Assembly: GCF_011386835.1 (NCBI RefSeq) | Contig: NC_088792.1 | Location: 174,406,001-174,470,000, forward strand | Length of the DNA stretch: 64,000 nucleotides | Origin: Chrysemys picta bellii | Taxonomy: Eukaryota | Direction of reading: 5' to 3' | In this document: piece by piece, positions 24,594 through 38,209 of the stretch | How the letters are laid out: the number at the start of each line of letters is the position of its first letter | How positions within the stretch are numbered: the stretch's first letter is position 1 | Program-made: the position numbers and the translations under genes | The notes under the pieces: generated by a model | Databases searched by the model: none | What the model saw: only the letters and a program-made list of their open reading frames with translations | What the model was told of the DNA's origin: nothing

Positions 24594-25155
24594 AACAACT
24601 AGATGGGACTCGGGAGGTCTGAGACACTGGTTCCAGGGTCTGGGGATGACAGGACAGTTGAGATCCATATCCCAAGGAAAGGCTAAGGCAAGGGGGATCA
24701 GCCTGGGAATGTGCCTTACTGACCCAGAGCTAGAAGCTTGGCTCTGCCCAGACACAGCTGGCTTAGGAACATGTGGGATCCAGCAGTTGAGTCCATTCAC
24801 AACAGACTGATGTCCATGCAGAGGGGACTGGGCCAAGTAATGACATTAGTTTCTGTGCAAAAGCCTCCTTTGAAACTTTGGGTTCAGTATGGCAGAGGGC
24901 AAAGTTTTGAAGGAGGCTTTCACAAGGAAACTAACCACTTCAGCCTAAAGCAGAGTGGCTCTTTTATTTAGACTGGGAAAGATGGGGAACGAGCATGAAT
25001 TATAAAGTCCATAAGAAGGATCAATTTGTGAACGTATGCTTCCCATCTTATGCTCATCTTAAGAAACCAGAGTTGGTGTCTTTGCTGTAGAGAGATGACC
25101 AGATGCAGAATGGGGTGCAAGCCCCAATCCAGGACCCAAAGATTCAGGAAATGTC

Positions 25156-25548
25156 ACTTGGCTGGGGCCACAGCTGTCAGCCCTATGCATGGCTGGGGCC
25201 CCTTCTGTCAGCCACATTTATGGCTGGGTCTCTCTCTGACAGCTCCGTGTAGGGCTGGCAGCCCAAGCCCCGCCATGCACGGGGCTGAAATTTTTGATTT
25301 CCTCCAAAAGGAAGCATTTTGGAGGGAACCACAAATTCTGCATTGCACAGCTGGCCCCAGGGACTGCCCAAGCAGCAGAGTCATGGAGGCTCCCCAGAGC
25401 AGTGGCACCTCAGGCCCCCCCAGCTAAGATGTAGTCAGGGGTATGTATAGTAAAGGTCATGAACAGGACACAGGCTGTGAATTTTTGTTTATTGCCTGTG
25501 ACCTGTCCATGACTTTTACTAAAAATACCCATGACTAAATTGTAGCCT
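25156..25548. mobile_element. MITE fragment with AAATTGTAGCCT|TAA right end
   Basis: Terminal block atgacttttactaaaaatacccatgactaaattgtagcct followed by TAA; left boundary uncertain. Confidence 0.4.
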
Positions 25549-26006
25549 TAACAATGATTATGATGACCAGTGGGCTTCTCCCAGTTGCCACAAAGAGGTT
25601 CCCAAGTCACAATAATTAAGCCATGTTTTGTGAAATTTGTATTAAAGATACTACATTGGTCCTTGTAAAAAATGTTATTCATTCACTTCCGCTTTCTTGG
25701 TTACTTTACAGTGGGTGCTCACTATAAACCCTGAAGAGCACTGTTATATTGATAGTGGTAGTAAGTGGTGAGTTTACAAAGAGGTGTTACTCTCTTAAGG
25801 TATGACACAGAGCAACTTAACAGTATGACTGTCCTTAAAATAAGTCTTTTTATGAGGGAGAGTGTATACAAAGCCACCTTTCCAATGATATCCTGAAAAC
25901 TGCTGAAGACCCATCTATTTAAGTAATAGGTCAACTACTGCAGGTTACATAACAAAAAATAAATGGATTTATCTAATTATATGCAAAACTATAGAAACCT
26001 CTAGGG

Positions 26007-26642
26007 CAGGGGTGGGCAAACTTTTTGGCCCGAGGGCCACATCTGGGTATGGAAATTGTATGGTGGGCCATGAATGCTTACAAAATTGGGGTTGGGGTGA
26101 AGGAGGGGGTGCGGGCTCTGGGGTTGGGCCAGAGTTCAGGGTGCGGGAGGGGGCACCGGACTGGAGCGGGGGTTGGGGTGCGGGAGAGGGATCAGGGCTA
26201 GGGCAGGGGGTTGGGGCATGGGAGGGCTCAGGGGTGCAGGCTTCGGGTGGCGCTTACCTCAAGCAGCTCCTGGAAGCGGCGGCATGTCCCCCCCTCTGGC
26301 TCCTATGCGGAGGTGTAGCCAGGCGGCTCTGCACGCTACCCGTCCGCAGGTGCTGCCCGTCCGCAGGCACTGCCTCTGCAGCTTCTATTAGCTGCAGTTC
26401 CCGGCCAATGGGAGCTGGGGGTGGTGGTGGCGCTAGCTACCGCTAAACGTAGGAGCCAGAGTGGGGACATGATGCTGCTTCCAGGAGCCTCAGCATGCAC
26501 GTGCGGAGTGGCCTCTTACCCCGCTCCCCGGCTGTAGCACGGGGAAAGCCCCAGACCCCACTCCCCAGCGGGAACTTGAAGGATGGATTAAACTGGCTGG
26601 AGGGCTTGATGTGGCCCCTGGGCTGTAGTTTGCCCACCCCTG
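26007..26642. mobile_element. hAT MITE
   Basis: TIR CAGGGGTGGGCAAACT / AGTTTGCCCACCCCTG; 8-bp TSD CTCTAGGG / CGCTAGGG. Confidence 0.85.
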
Positions 26643-27075
26643 CGCTAGGGAGACTCTTCCATTATAACATAACATCCTACATTTTCACTTTGTTAATTCT
26701 AAAGTTGTGACCAAGAAAATGTTCTTCCTATTCTTAGTATAATAGTCACGTCCTAAAATTAGTAGAGTACTTTTCCTTGCAAGGAATTTTAATATTATGC
26801 AATAGTAGCAAATATATCCAAAATATAGTAAATAAACTGTCAGGAAACATTTATCACAAAGTTTAAACAATATCTTCTGACTCCACATTGCCATGTTCAT
26901 CCACAGATTAGTCCGTCATTTTCCTCACACTCCTTTCCCCCGCTCTTGCCCCAAACAGATATCACTTATTTTTATGAGAACCCACAACATAACGGGTTAT
27001 AACAACATGTTTGTGCATTTTCTTCCAGAAAGGACTGTTTAACAATATTCAGTAGTCTTTGTCCTTAAGTTAATA

Positions 27076-27253
27076 TACCTCTACCCCAATATAACCCAAC
27101 CCGATATAACACGAATTCGGATATAACGCAGTAAAGCAGCGCTCCAGGGGGACGGGGCTGCGCACTCCGGCGGATCAAAGCAAGTTCGATATTTACTATA
27201 ACGCGGTAAGATTTTTTGGCTCCCGAGGACAGAGTTATATCGGGATAGACGTG
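27076..27253. mobile_element. Tc1/mariner MITE, second copy
   Basis: TA TSD; near-identical to 12467-12653 with a small internal deletion. Confidence 0.8.
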
Positions 27254-27579
27254 TAATACTAATATCTGGAATAGCTAAAACCCATCTAGACTGATATCTT
27301 GCTTTTGTCTGGCTGCTTGCAAAATTCTGCCTGATTTAATCTCAGTACCACCTATCTAGGGTCATCAGGGTTCCTAGGCAGCGGTATGCAATAGCTTTTC
27401 TTTATGTAGACTGGCTCTTCTTTAAGAGTTAATTCTAAGGTGACAGACGCGTCTTTTTTTCCCCGTATAAGTGATTAGACCCTCCTTCTCTCTTCCAGCT
27501 GGAATCCTAGGTATCCAAAGATTCCAGGAAAGGAGTTGGGCCTGTAGTATTTCTCTTTGAGTTTCAGAAGTCAATATTT

Positions 27580-27759
27580 AGAGTCATAGAATATCAGGGT
27601 TGGAAGGGACCTCAGGAGGTCAACTAGTCCAACCCTCTGCACAAAGCAGGACCAATCCCCAGACAGATTTTTACCCCAGTTCCCTAAATGGCCCCTTCAA
27701 GGATTGAACTCACAACCCTGGGTTTAGCAGGCCAATGCACAAACCACTGAGCTATCCCT
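27580..27759 (-). mobile_element. Tortoise polIII/SINE (tRNA-derived head, CR1 3' tail)
   Basis: Minus strand AGGGATAGCTCAGTGGTTTG..(A box)..GTGAGTTCAATCC (B box) ... CCCTTCCAACCCTGATATTCTATGACTCT (CR1-type tail). Confidence 0.85.
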
Positions 27760-27887
27760 TTGCTCCTTAGTGATTGATGCTTTCCTTTCCAGTCACTTTT
27801 CAATAACATTGATGTTGGAGTCCAGGTTGATGAGTTGCATAGACATATTTTCCTATTTGTCCTCAATGCTTGAGACAAAAGGTTGTA

Positions 27888-27983
27888 AGAGAGACGTGTG
27901 TGAGGTAATATCTTTTATTGGACCAACTTCTATTGGTGAGAGAGAGAAGCTTTTGAAATACATAGAGCTCTTCTTCGGGTCTG
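27888..27983 (-). mobile_element. Mini Penelope-like terminal fragment with degenerate hammerhead
   Basis: 7-bp TSD GGTTGTA (27881-27887, 27984-27990); minus strand agacCCGAAGAagagctctatgtatttcAAAAgctt. Confidence 0.6.
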
Positions 27984-29256
27984 GGTTGTAGTTTATCTGA
28001 TTTAGCATTTGTGATTTCCCACAGAGATAAGGCAGCATAGTCTTTTCCAGTGTCTTGACATTTTTGTAAGATTATCCTGAATTGTGATAAAAAAAGATGG
28101 CTCTGGGCAGACTGCCTGCATAGTGCTGGCCTGTGGAGCAGAGTAGTTCTGTTTTTCATTTTTGTTCTGTTTTGGCATTTTACATTTTTGTATATTTTAA
28201 GTCTCCGGTATAACAGTTCTTCACTGGATCTTAATGATTAAAGCAAATCACTCCATGTGGGTGGACCCCTGCACCTGCATGGAGCTCAGTTGGGCTCCAC
28301 CTCGGTGCAGGGGTCTGGCTGCCTAGTTCTCATTGCAGAATCAGGGGCTAGATTGGTAAAAATCAGCTGAATTGTGAAACATAAGGCACCCCGTCTTGGC
28401 ACTTCTGTGAGATGCAGTGGCTCATAACTGCATTTGCACCCCCTCCCACACAGTTTTAGAAAAAACATTTTACTAGACAATAAAAATAAAACATGCCATA
28501 TTGGAAGTAGAATGGTAACAGGTGAATATGGTATACTGTTGTTTCTGGATGTACTATCTTACACCATCTTTTTAAAAAACAGCTAAAACAGCAGAGTTAT
28601 CACTCAGCTGAGCTTTAACATGAAAGGTAAAAGACAACTATTTATGAAATAAAATTTGATTACTAATGATTATATTTATAGGTCTTGAGATGTGACTTAG
28701 TGACTCACAGCCTTTTGAAGGTTGTAACTGCTTTTTGGATGGTCACTGAGCATCAGATGGATTTAACTGCTACTCCTGAAATAATCAGACCCAGCTTTCT
28801 TTTGACGGGTACTATTTAACAAATAGAGCAATAGCATTATACCTTCCTTTCACTAATAAAAGCCACAGTAGTAAGGGAGAGTTTGCTGCTGGTTCTCACC
28901 GGTACCTTCAGAGATCATTATGAGTTTCTGGGATGGTTCACCTCTTTGTGCTTTATTGAATGCTTTTTCCTGTCTTACTTTTTATTAACCCTTTAAAACA
29001 ATGTTGCAAAATAGTTAAGAAAATTAAACCAACCTGGGCAAATATAGTAGCACCCCTAAACCATGATGATATTATATTATACTTGACACAGCCAGACTAT
29101 GCCAAACTGGGTATCCCCAGTATTCCTCCTATTCTGTAACACCCTTTCTCCTCTGCTAAATGCCTAACACTGCTTTCCTTTCTTGCCAACATATTTAGTC
29201 AAGTGCAGTTATTTTGTCATAGAGCGTATGGAACATGGAGTTCTGATGATCTAGAG

Positions 29257-29671
29257 CAGGGGTGGCCAACGTGTGGCTCCGGAGCCACATGCGGTGCTTC
29301 AGAGGTTAATATGCGGCTCCTTGCATAGGCACCGACTCCGGGGCTGGAGCTACACGTGCCAACTTGCCAATGCTCACTGTTCAACCCCTGCCTCTGCCAC
29401 AGGCCCTGCTCCCACTTCACCCCTTCCCCCAAGGCCCTGTCCCTTCCCGCCTCCTTCCCCGAGCCTGCCGGGCCCTCGCTGTTCTCCTCGTCCCCCAGAC
29501 CCTCCTGCATCCCGCGTGAGGCACAGGGAGGGAGGGGAGGTGCTGATGGGCAGGGTGGCTGGCAGGCAGGGCAGGGGAGCTGAGGGGGGGCTGCTGATAT
29601 AATACTCTGGCTCTTCGGCAATGTACATTGGCAAATTCTGGCTCCTTCTCAGGCACAGGTTGGCCACCCCG
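29257..29671. mobile_element. hAT MITE
   Basis: TIR CAGGGGTGGCCAAC / GTTGGCCACCCC-G; TSD ATCTAGAG / ATCTAAAG. Confidence 0.85.
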
Positions 29672-30034
29672 ATCTAAAGCCCCTTCTCCTGCTTTATTTC
29701 GGGGAAGGGAGAGTGAGGAGTGTTGGTTGGTTATTTGGCAGCCTGTTTTCTTTGAAGAGTTTCCGTGGGATTACTGTGCAGACAGTAATCAGTCATAATA
29801 TTTAATTAGTGTACCATGCTTGATGTACAGTTGTGCAAATCTACCATGCTTTCTTGCTTGGCCTGTGTTGATTTAAAGAGAGAAAAAATCAGTAAATTCA
29901 GATCTTCCATTTAACCTTGTAGATTTCTCACACTGGGATCCTCTGTGTGATTCTGTGAATCTTGAGCTCAGAAATTTGGAAACATCAACATATTACACTG
30001 ATTCAGGGCCGGGGGGGGACTTTTTAAGAGCAAT

Positions 30035-30160
30035 GCACTGGGAGGTCAGACTTCCATATGCAGTCCTGCTTCTCTCCCTCACTCATTCTGTGACCTTGGG
30101 CAAATCACTAAAGCTTTCTGTGCCTGAGTTTCCCCAGCTACAAAATAGGTATAATAAAGA
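30035..30160 (+). mobile_element. MIR-like CORE-SINE
   Basis: ctgtgaccttgggcaaatcact...ctgtgcctgagtttcccc core. Confidence 0.6.
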
Positions 30161-31315
30161 GCTATTTACTTCAGCTGAAATGATCATCCGAATGTATTGT
30201 AAATATTGACTAAGGCTTTCTAAAACATACACAAAGAAATGAATAAATGAACTGGCAATTTTACTGGATTTAGCATAATCACTGCACTATTAGATTAATA
30301 TGTCCTCTGTAAAACAATGTAACATTTAGTCAGATCCTTTTGTCGGTAGAGATGGCCCTGTGGTGGGCTGGATTCTTATCTGATGTAAATTGGCGCGGCT
30401 CCATTGATGTTGGTGGAGGTATACTGATATATACCAGCTGACAATCTTGCCCAGTGTTTTACAGCTTTCCTTTCTCCTTTTAGTTCTCCTGCATTCTGTT
30501 TTCTCTCCTGTAATAACAGTAGTTCATTCTTTGTCTCATGCACAAGCACCAGTCCAGTCCAGTAGTTCCAAGAAGATTACAAGATTGTTTCATGTCCAGA
30601 AAGGTTATATTAATCAGAACTTGTGCTTGTAGTTTTTTCCTTTAAAGAAAGTAAATATTACTTTTAATTTAAATTAAAATTACACATACATACTGGGGCA
30701 GAGTTCTTTCCTAGTAAAACCCTATCTATTTCCATTTGATTTTTGGGGACCAAAATGAACATTTGCTGGAACTTTTTTTAAAAAAAATCACTGCCATCCA
30801 GATTCCAGCATCAAAGCATCTGTTTCATTGTAGCATATCATGCAGGATGTCTTGTTCAAGTATGAAGCTTTAGGTCTGTCAGGCATGAACAAGCATCAAA
30901 GCAGATCTCATCGGTCTTGAGACTATTGACTGGATGGATTAAATAAACATTGTAGATAAAGTACTTGTAGTAAATTCCTACCTACTGTGTGAGATAATTG
31001 CACAGGTGCATCTTTATTTATCTAGTTTTGTTTTGATGACTGATATTTTAAGATGCTCATGCAAAACAGGAAACAAAGGTAAAAGCCATGCTTGATAACT
31101 GAGGAACCCTCTTGTCATAACTGCATGTATTACCACCGAGCCATTGGTATGCAACGTATCATAGGACCTAGAGAGGAAATTTAGAGGATGACGAAGACTT
31201 CGTTGGGTTAATAATACATGAATACCAAGTCAAATGTGTAACTGTATTGATTTGACTATATTTGCATCCTTAGAAATATGTAAACTGAAAAGCATGTTTA
31301 TGCAAAAGAAATTGA

Positions 31316-31530
31316 GAGGTACATAGCAAGTTCTGTACTGGATCAGACCAGTGGTCCGTTTGGTGCATTGTTCTGTCTGATAATAGCCAGTAACAGGTGC
31401 TTCAGTGTAAAGTATAAGAAACCCCATAATAAACAAGTATGGAATAATCTGCTCGCAAGGGAAGCTTCTTCCAATCTTAAAGCATGAGTAGAGTTTACAT
31501 CCCTTATACAGATTTCTTATCTAATGTAAT
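31316..31530 (-). mobile_element. Old CR1 3'-end fragment
   Basis: actggatcagaccagtggtcc...tctgataatagccagtaacaggtgcttcag. Confidence 0.5.
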
Positions 31531-31973
31531 TGTGGATGTTGTTATTCATATATGTCTAGTTGTAGAGGTATAGAGTTATGGATAGCTTTGCTTGTTTGAA
31601 ACACCCACAGTGTATTTTGACAAAAATTAACTTTAAGGAATTGAGTTCTTGATTCTTTTATTCTCACAGTTTGTTGCAGCAAATTACTTACAAATAACTT
31701 CATTAGATTAAGTAATTTGAGACTATATCATTACAGTTTTATGCAAAGAGTTTATTAATGCAACATACTGGCTTACAATTTTAATACAATAATTCTGGGA
31801 ATTAAAAAGGTTTTCATAGTTGGATCACATTACATATGTGACATGCTTTATGTAGCATTTCTCAACTCTGGTAATGCTGTTGTGCTGTTAGGGTATATGT
31901 GCAGTTAACCTTGTTCAGGGAATGTAAAAGTTACATCTTGTGTTAACATTAATAAGCCTAGACTTTTGCAAAA

Positions 31974-32120
31974 GTGTGGTCTAGCAGTTAAAACATCAGT
32001 CTGGGAGTCAGGAATTTTGGGATATATTCCTAACTCGGGGATTGATATGCTTTATGACTTTGGGCAAATTACTTGTGTGCCTCCATTTCACCACCTGCAA
32101 AATCAGGGTAATAATAATGT
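31974..32120 (+). mobile_element. MIR-like CORE-SINE
   Basis: gtgtggtctagcagtta...ctgggagtcagga...tgactttgggcaaattacttgtgtgcctc. Confidence 0.6.
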
Positions 32121-32205
32121 CTATATCACAACAATGAGACTAGAGTCATTAAATGTTGCTACCTCTGTACGTAACAAAGAAAAAAACTAGTAATAGCCTG
32201 ATTTG

Positions 32206-32590
32206 TAGGGCTGTCAAGAAATTAAAAAAATTAATCATGATTAATGGCATGATTAAAATATTGCGTGATTAATAGCACTGTTAATAATAGAATACCATTT
32301 CTTTAAATTGTTTTTGATATTTTCTACATTTTCAAATATGTTGATTTCAATTACAACACAGAATACTAAGTGTACAGTGCTCACTTTATATTTATTTTTG
32401 ATTACAAATATTTACACTACAAAAAACAAAAGAAATAGTATTTTTCAATTCACCTAATACAAGTACTGTAGTGCAATCTCTTTATTATGAAATTTGAATT
32501 TACAAATGTAGAATGATGTACCAAAAATAACTGCATTCAAAAATAAAACAATGTAAAACTTTAGAGCCTACAAGTCCACTCAGTCATACA
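32206..32590. mobile_element. hAT non-autonomous element, left part
   Basis: Begins TAGGGCTGTCAAG..ATTAA with repeated (C)GATTAA subterminal motifs; right end absent. Confidence 0.55.
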
Positions 32591-33769
32591 CAACTATGAG
32601 TTTCTGTAGTGATTGTTGTCAACCCTCAAACAAGAATGGAAAAGAAGATGTAATTAAGAACTGTCTGGATGTTTTTTTAAAGCCTTCTTTTAATTATATT
32701 TCAGATAATAAGAAAGATGCAGTTTGATGATGAGAGTAAATCTTAAAAGGAACAATAACTCCTTTCTCTAATGCTTAAAATAATTCCTAGTGGAAAACAG
32801 CATTTCATTAATTGTCATTACATCGGAATTACAGAGTCTGACTTTTTTTTGTCATTCATGTATTTAAGTGACAGTGGCATTATTTACTCTAAATTAAGTT
32901 CTGTGCACAACAGCATCAAATTAATTACCAACTATGTAAAAAGAAACAGAGAACTAGTAACTTATTTTAAGAAAGTAATCTTTTTGGTAAGGATGCTAAA
33001 ATGCATTATTTCAACTGAACAAGAGATGATTTTATTAATATATTCTTTCCTCACAAAGAACAAAAGATGAGTTGACTTTCCTGTTAATTTATTTAAATAT
33101 TTTAGCAGTGAATTGAAATAACCAATAAGGAGAGCACTGACCTTTCACTTACATAGTACATACATTGGGAATTTTTCCATTAAAAAACGCTTATTAAAAA
33201 GTAGATAAGGTTCCAAAGTAAAGTACTCAAAAGTCACTAAATATCAAATTTCAAGCTGCTTGTGCAACCTTAATTAGCCCCCTTGTGTGTATGTATTAGG
33301 ATGTACTCTTTGATTGCATACATGGTCACATACTATTTTTTCCACTGGATCCTTGCCTCATTCAATGCATAGGATAGACATTGCTCAGTGAATAAGGCAG
33401 CTTTTCATTAGTCCATTTGTCTAGGAACTTATTCAAAGCCCATGGAAGTCAATCAGATCTTTCTATTGACTTCACTAGGTTTTGGATCTGGTGCCCAGTG
33501 TATGGGCCCAGTTTTGCCTCAGTCAGTAGACACTGTCCAACTTCTTCTTTACTATTCAACCTGTCTCATTCACCATCCAATCTGTTCACTGAGTGAGGCG
33601 GGTGTTCTGGAGAAAAATAGTAAGGACCAGATTCTTATACCCTTACTCGGATCGAATGGTATCTTTCTCCCCAAAGAGACTGTGCTTATGGAATAAGGTA
33701 CAGTTCAGCATGAATTAAGATTTTGTCTTTTGTGTCAATACATAAGATTGTGTGATAGCACAATCTATT

Positions 33770-34960
33770 ATGAAATCTGCCCAACACTTCCCACTATAAG
33801 ATATTGCTTTCAATTGCTTATAACTTAACCAAACTTTAACTATTTGAGCTGAAATTTTCTGTGCTGCATGTTTGCCTCAGGCTGAATTTTTCTGGATATT
33901 TTCACCTGAAATGCTTGAGGTGTTTCCAATGATGATGATGGGGGGGGGGAATATATTGTTTTTCCCACGTTAAAAAAAATTCTGGCGACCTTTCCTTTGA
34001 AAACCCCTGATGCTTTGGAGCAGGGACTTGAAATTTGGCAGAGAGAGGGGAGAGGTGTGGCCTCAGTATCAGGGAGGTGCCTTTTACACACATCCCTGTG
34101 AAAATCCACACAAATTTGGTCAGCTTGTAAGCGTTTGAAAATTCACCGTTCACACATACTCATTTGTTGCAGAATTTGGAAGGTGTGTAATGAATGAGGC
34201 AGGGAATAGCAGGAACAGAAAGGACGGTCTCATGGTTAAAGCATTTGAATGCCGCCCTGGAGAATTGGATTCCATTCTTGTCTGCACTACAGAGTTCCTC
34301 TGTGATTCTGAGCATATCACTTAAATCAAACTTTTCACAGGTGGTCACTAATTGTGTGTTCCTCATTTTCTGGGTGCCTGACTTGAGACTCGGGAATCTG
34401 ATTTGCAGAAATTCAGCTGCAACTGAAGTCAGTGGAAGCTGCACTTTGAACATATGAAGTGATAGATAGTGCTCAGTACTCTGAAAAGTCAGGCCCTAGG
34501 CATCTCAAATTGGGAACCCCAAATTAGTGGATACTTTTGACCTTAATGTCTCTGTGCCTCAGTTCCCCATCTGTAAAATGGGGATGATAATATCTCCTCA
34601 TCGACAAGAGTGTTGTAGAAATAAATTAATATTTATGAATGACTCAGTGATGAAAGGAAAAGCTCTTGAGAAAATTAATAATTCTGTCTTCTGAGCAAGG
34701 TTTGAATAGGGTGCAGTAAATAAAGCCTGAGATGAAAACAAAATATTGAATAGTTGCTCATTAAGTGAGCACCATCCATCCTGTGCAGTGGATGAAGCAG
34801 GAGTCCTGTGGAAAAGATAGGATGGGATCATGTAGTTAAATACTATATCATACTGCATAGAGACAAGGAAGCTTAATTAATATTGCATAGGCAGCCTTAA
34901 TTCTGGCAGTTCTTAACTTTTGAGGGTTTCACTTTTCAACTTTAATAATGTTTGTTTGAT
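33770..34960. mobile_element. Composite old interspersed repeat with nested CORE-SINE pieces
   Basis: SINE head at about 34205-34330, CORE block ctctgtgcctcagttccccatctgtaaaatgggga at about 34549-34585, MITE-like inserts between them; boundaries approximate. Confidence 0.35.
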
Positions 34961-35452
34961 GTAGTTTTTTGTGTGTAATAGAATTCAAAGTTTTATTGCA
35001 ATACATATGAACAAGGTAGCAGACGCAAGATTGTTCAAGTAACGTTAAATCTGACATTTCCAGAATTTTAATTGCTTCACATTGCAACTTTTACATTCTT
35101 TTAGTGTCTTCTTTATGGAATTTTCTGGGGATTTTTTTATTTTGAAGAAAATAGATAAACTTTATCTTGCATTGCTATTTTCTAAACAACAGAACAAGCC
35201 ATCCTGCATGATATGTACACTAAATAGAATGAGGCAGGGGTCATATGGAACTGTCCTTTGGTACACACTTTTTCAGATTACTGTGTGATAAAGTAAATCC
35301 TCCAGGATGTGTAGAGATGCTACACTTTCTGTACACTCCTTAGGCAGTCTTTGGACTTCCTGTGATACTCTCCCTACTGGGGGCAGAAACAAAGCAACCC
35401 AGGACAGGGCAGTCGCAGGCTGCAACTACCCAGAGTGGTAGTTTGTATGTTA

Positions 35453-36493
35453 TAGGCTGACCAGGTGTCTGGTTTTCGACCAGAATACCTGGTCGAAAAG
35501 GGACCCTGGCAGATTCGGTCAGCACTGCCGACTGGGCTGTTAAAAGTCCGGTCAGCGGTACAGCGGCGCTAAGGCAGGCTAGTCCCTACCTGTCCTGGCT
35601 GGCACCGCGCTGTGCCCTGGAAGCAGCCAGCAGGTCCGGCTCTTAGGTGGGGGGCCATGGGGCTCTGTGTGCTGCCCCCGCCCCAAGCACCGGCTCCGCT
35701 GGTGGTGGTGGGGATGGGGCCTGCGGGTGAGAGCTATGTGTGGAGCCTCCTGGCCCCCCCGCCTAGGAGCCGGACCTGCTGGCTGCTTCCAGGGAGTGCG
35801 CAGTGTAGTGCCAGGACAGGCAGGCAGCCTGCCTTAGTTCCCCCCGCTGCACCACTGAATAGGAGCCGCCAAAGGTAAGCCCATGCTCCAACCCTGAGTC
35901 CCAACTTGCTGCCCCAGCCCTGAGCCCCCCCCAAACCCAGAGCCCCCTCCTGCACCCAAACCCCTCATCCCCGGCCCCAACCCAGAGCCCGTACCCCCAG
36001 CCCAGAGCCTCACCCCCATGCACTCCAACCCCCTCCCACACCCTGAACCCCTCATCCCTGGCCCCAGAGTCCACACCCCCAGCCCAGAGCCATACCCCCT
36101 CCCACATCCCAACCCCCGCATCAACCCGCAGCCCCCTCCCACACTCAAAATCCCTTGGCCCCACCCCTCAGCCTGGAGCCCCCTTCTGCACCCCGGAGCC
36201 TGCACCCCCTCCTGCACCCCAACTCCCTGATCCAGCCCGGAGCCCCCTCCTGCACCCTGAACCCCTCATTTCTGGCCCCACGCTGGAGCCCGCACCACCA
36301 GTTAGAGCCCTCACCCCCTTCCCCAGCCCAGTGAGTGAGGGTGGGGGAGAGTGAGCCACCGAGGGAGGGGGAATGTAGTGAGCTGGGGCGGGGCCTCAGG
36401 GCAGGGGCGGGGCCTCAGGGCAGGGGCAGGGCCTCAGGGCAGGGGTGCGGCTAGGGTGTTCGGTTTTGTGCGACTAGAAAGTTGGCAACCCTA
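35453..36493. mobile_element. hAT (Blackjack-like) MITE with C-rich internal repeats
   Basis: TAGGCTGACCAGG ... GTTGGCAACCCTA ends; repeated CCCCCTCCTGCACCC units. Confidence 0.65.
36391..36447. repeat. 19-bp tandem repeat x3, G-rich
   Basis: GGGCCTCAGGGCAGGGG(C/T)(G/A) three times. Confidence 0.9.
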
Positions 36494-36883
36494 GTTTGTC
36501 ACCTCATTGGTTTACAAAGTTCTGTTTATAGTCAAAAGTTTACCTTAACACCAGCCTCTGCTCATCTGTGCGGTATTACAGTTACATTCTCTACATACCT
36601 GCATGTTAAAATGTAATTCTTCTCCATTTTCTCATGCATGCAGTTGTAATTCCAATAGAATGTTGAGAGATTGCCTATTGACTGTCAACTCAATTTACAT
36701 AAGCCCACATGTACAATGCCAGTGGAGCATTGTCATATCATTAGTTCATTGTAAAATAATAACCAATGTGCATGTGTGATCTAATAGGGAACATAAATTC
36801 TGATGGAAGCGGTTGTAGAAACAGTAAGGTATTAGAAAAGGTTTGCCGGTATGGGTTATAGCAGTTCCCTGAATGAACTAAGC

Positions 36884-37122
36884 CAGCGGTTCTCAAATTG
36901 TGGGTCGGGATCCTAAAGTAGGGGTCGCCAGGGCTGCTGTTAAACTTACTGGGGTCCGGGGCTGAAGCAAAAGTCCAAGCCCCACTGCCCAGGACTGAAG
37001 CCCTCAAGCTTCGGCACCTCCCCAGGGCAGGGGGCTCAGGCTTCAGTCCCTCTTCCTGGGATCTTGTAGTAATTTTGGTTGTCAGAAGGGGATCGTGGTG
37101 CAATGAAGTTTGAGAAATCCTG
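36884..37122. mobile_element. hAT MITE
   Basis: CAGCGGTTCTCAAA / TTTGAGAAATCCTG; perfect TSD AACTAAGC. Confidence 0.85.
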
Positions 37123-38209
37123 AACTAAGCTATACGGGCAAAAGGTCTTTTCTGACAGCATACCTGTATTGAAATTAGGGCTTTTTCTGATATAGAAGTA
37201 TCATTTAAAAAAAAAACATCACATCCCTAACCAACATTACTCCACCAGCAAAAGTTTCTAGTGCACATCTGGCCTACGTGTTTTTAAATCCTTAACACTG
37301 CCCAAATGAAAACATTTTCACCAGACCACTGAAAAGCATATCTCCCATCTGGGGACTGTGTTTTGGACCATTATTACTGCCTAACAAGGTAGCATTTTGT
37401 TTTTAATTAACAGCCAAAAAAAATAAAGTATGTTGTATTGGTCACCTGTAATCTCTGGAAAAATATTGTGAATAAACTGGGACATGTTGCCATTGATATC
37501 TTTTTCTAGGAAAGCTGATCAAGATTCATAGATTCTAGGACTGGAAGGGACCTCGAGAGGTCATCGAGTCAAGTCCCCTGCCCTCATGGCAGGACCAAAT
37601 ACTGTCTAGACCATCCCTGATAGACATTTATCTAACCTACTCTTAAATATCTCCAGAGATGGAGATTCCACAACCTCCCTAGGCAATTTATTCCAGTGTT
37701 TAACCACCCTGACAGTTAGGAAGTTTTTCCTAATGTCCAACCTAAACCTCCCTTGCTGCAGTTTAAGCCCATTGCTTCTTGTTCTATCCTTAGAGGCTAA
37801 GGTGAACAAGTTTTCTCCCTCCTTATTCATGTTCTCTAGACCTTTAATCATTCTTGTTGCTCTTCTCTGGACCCTCTCCACTTTCTCCACATATTTCTTG
37901 AAATGCAGTGCTCAGAACTGGACACAATATTCCAGTTGAGGCCTAACCAGAGCAGAGTAGAGCGGAAGAATGACTTCTCGTGTCTTGCTCACAACATACC
38001 TGTTAATACAGCCCAGAATCATGTTTGCTTTTTTTGGAACAGCATCACACTGTTGACTCATATTTAGCTTGTGGTCCACTATAACCCCTAGATCTCTTTC
38101 TGCCGTACTCCTTCCTAGACAGTCTCTTCCCATTCTGTATGTGTGAAACTGATTTTTCCTTCCTAAGCGGAGCACTTTGCATTTGTCTTTGTTAAACTTC
38201 ATCCTGTTT

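Noticed and set aside
27690-27759. tRNA gene on the minus strand
   Set aside because: The A/B boxes are the head of a polIII/SINE and continue into a CR1-derived tail.
35612-36359. Multiple Gly/Pro-rich ORFs
   Set aside because: By-products of GC-rich tandem units inside a hAT MITE; the same applies to the ORFs in 26012-26710 and 29217-29667.
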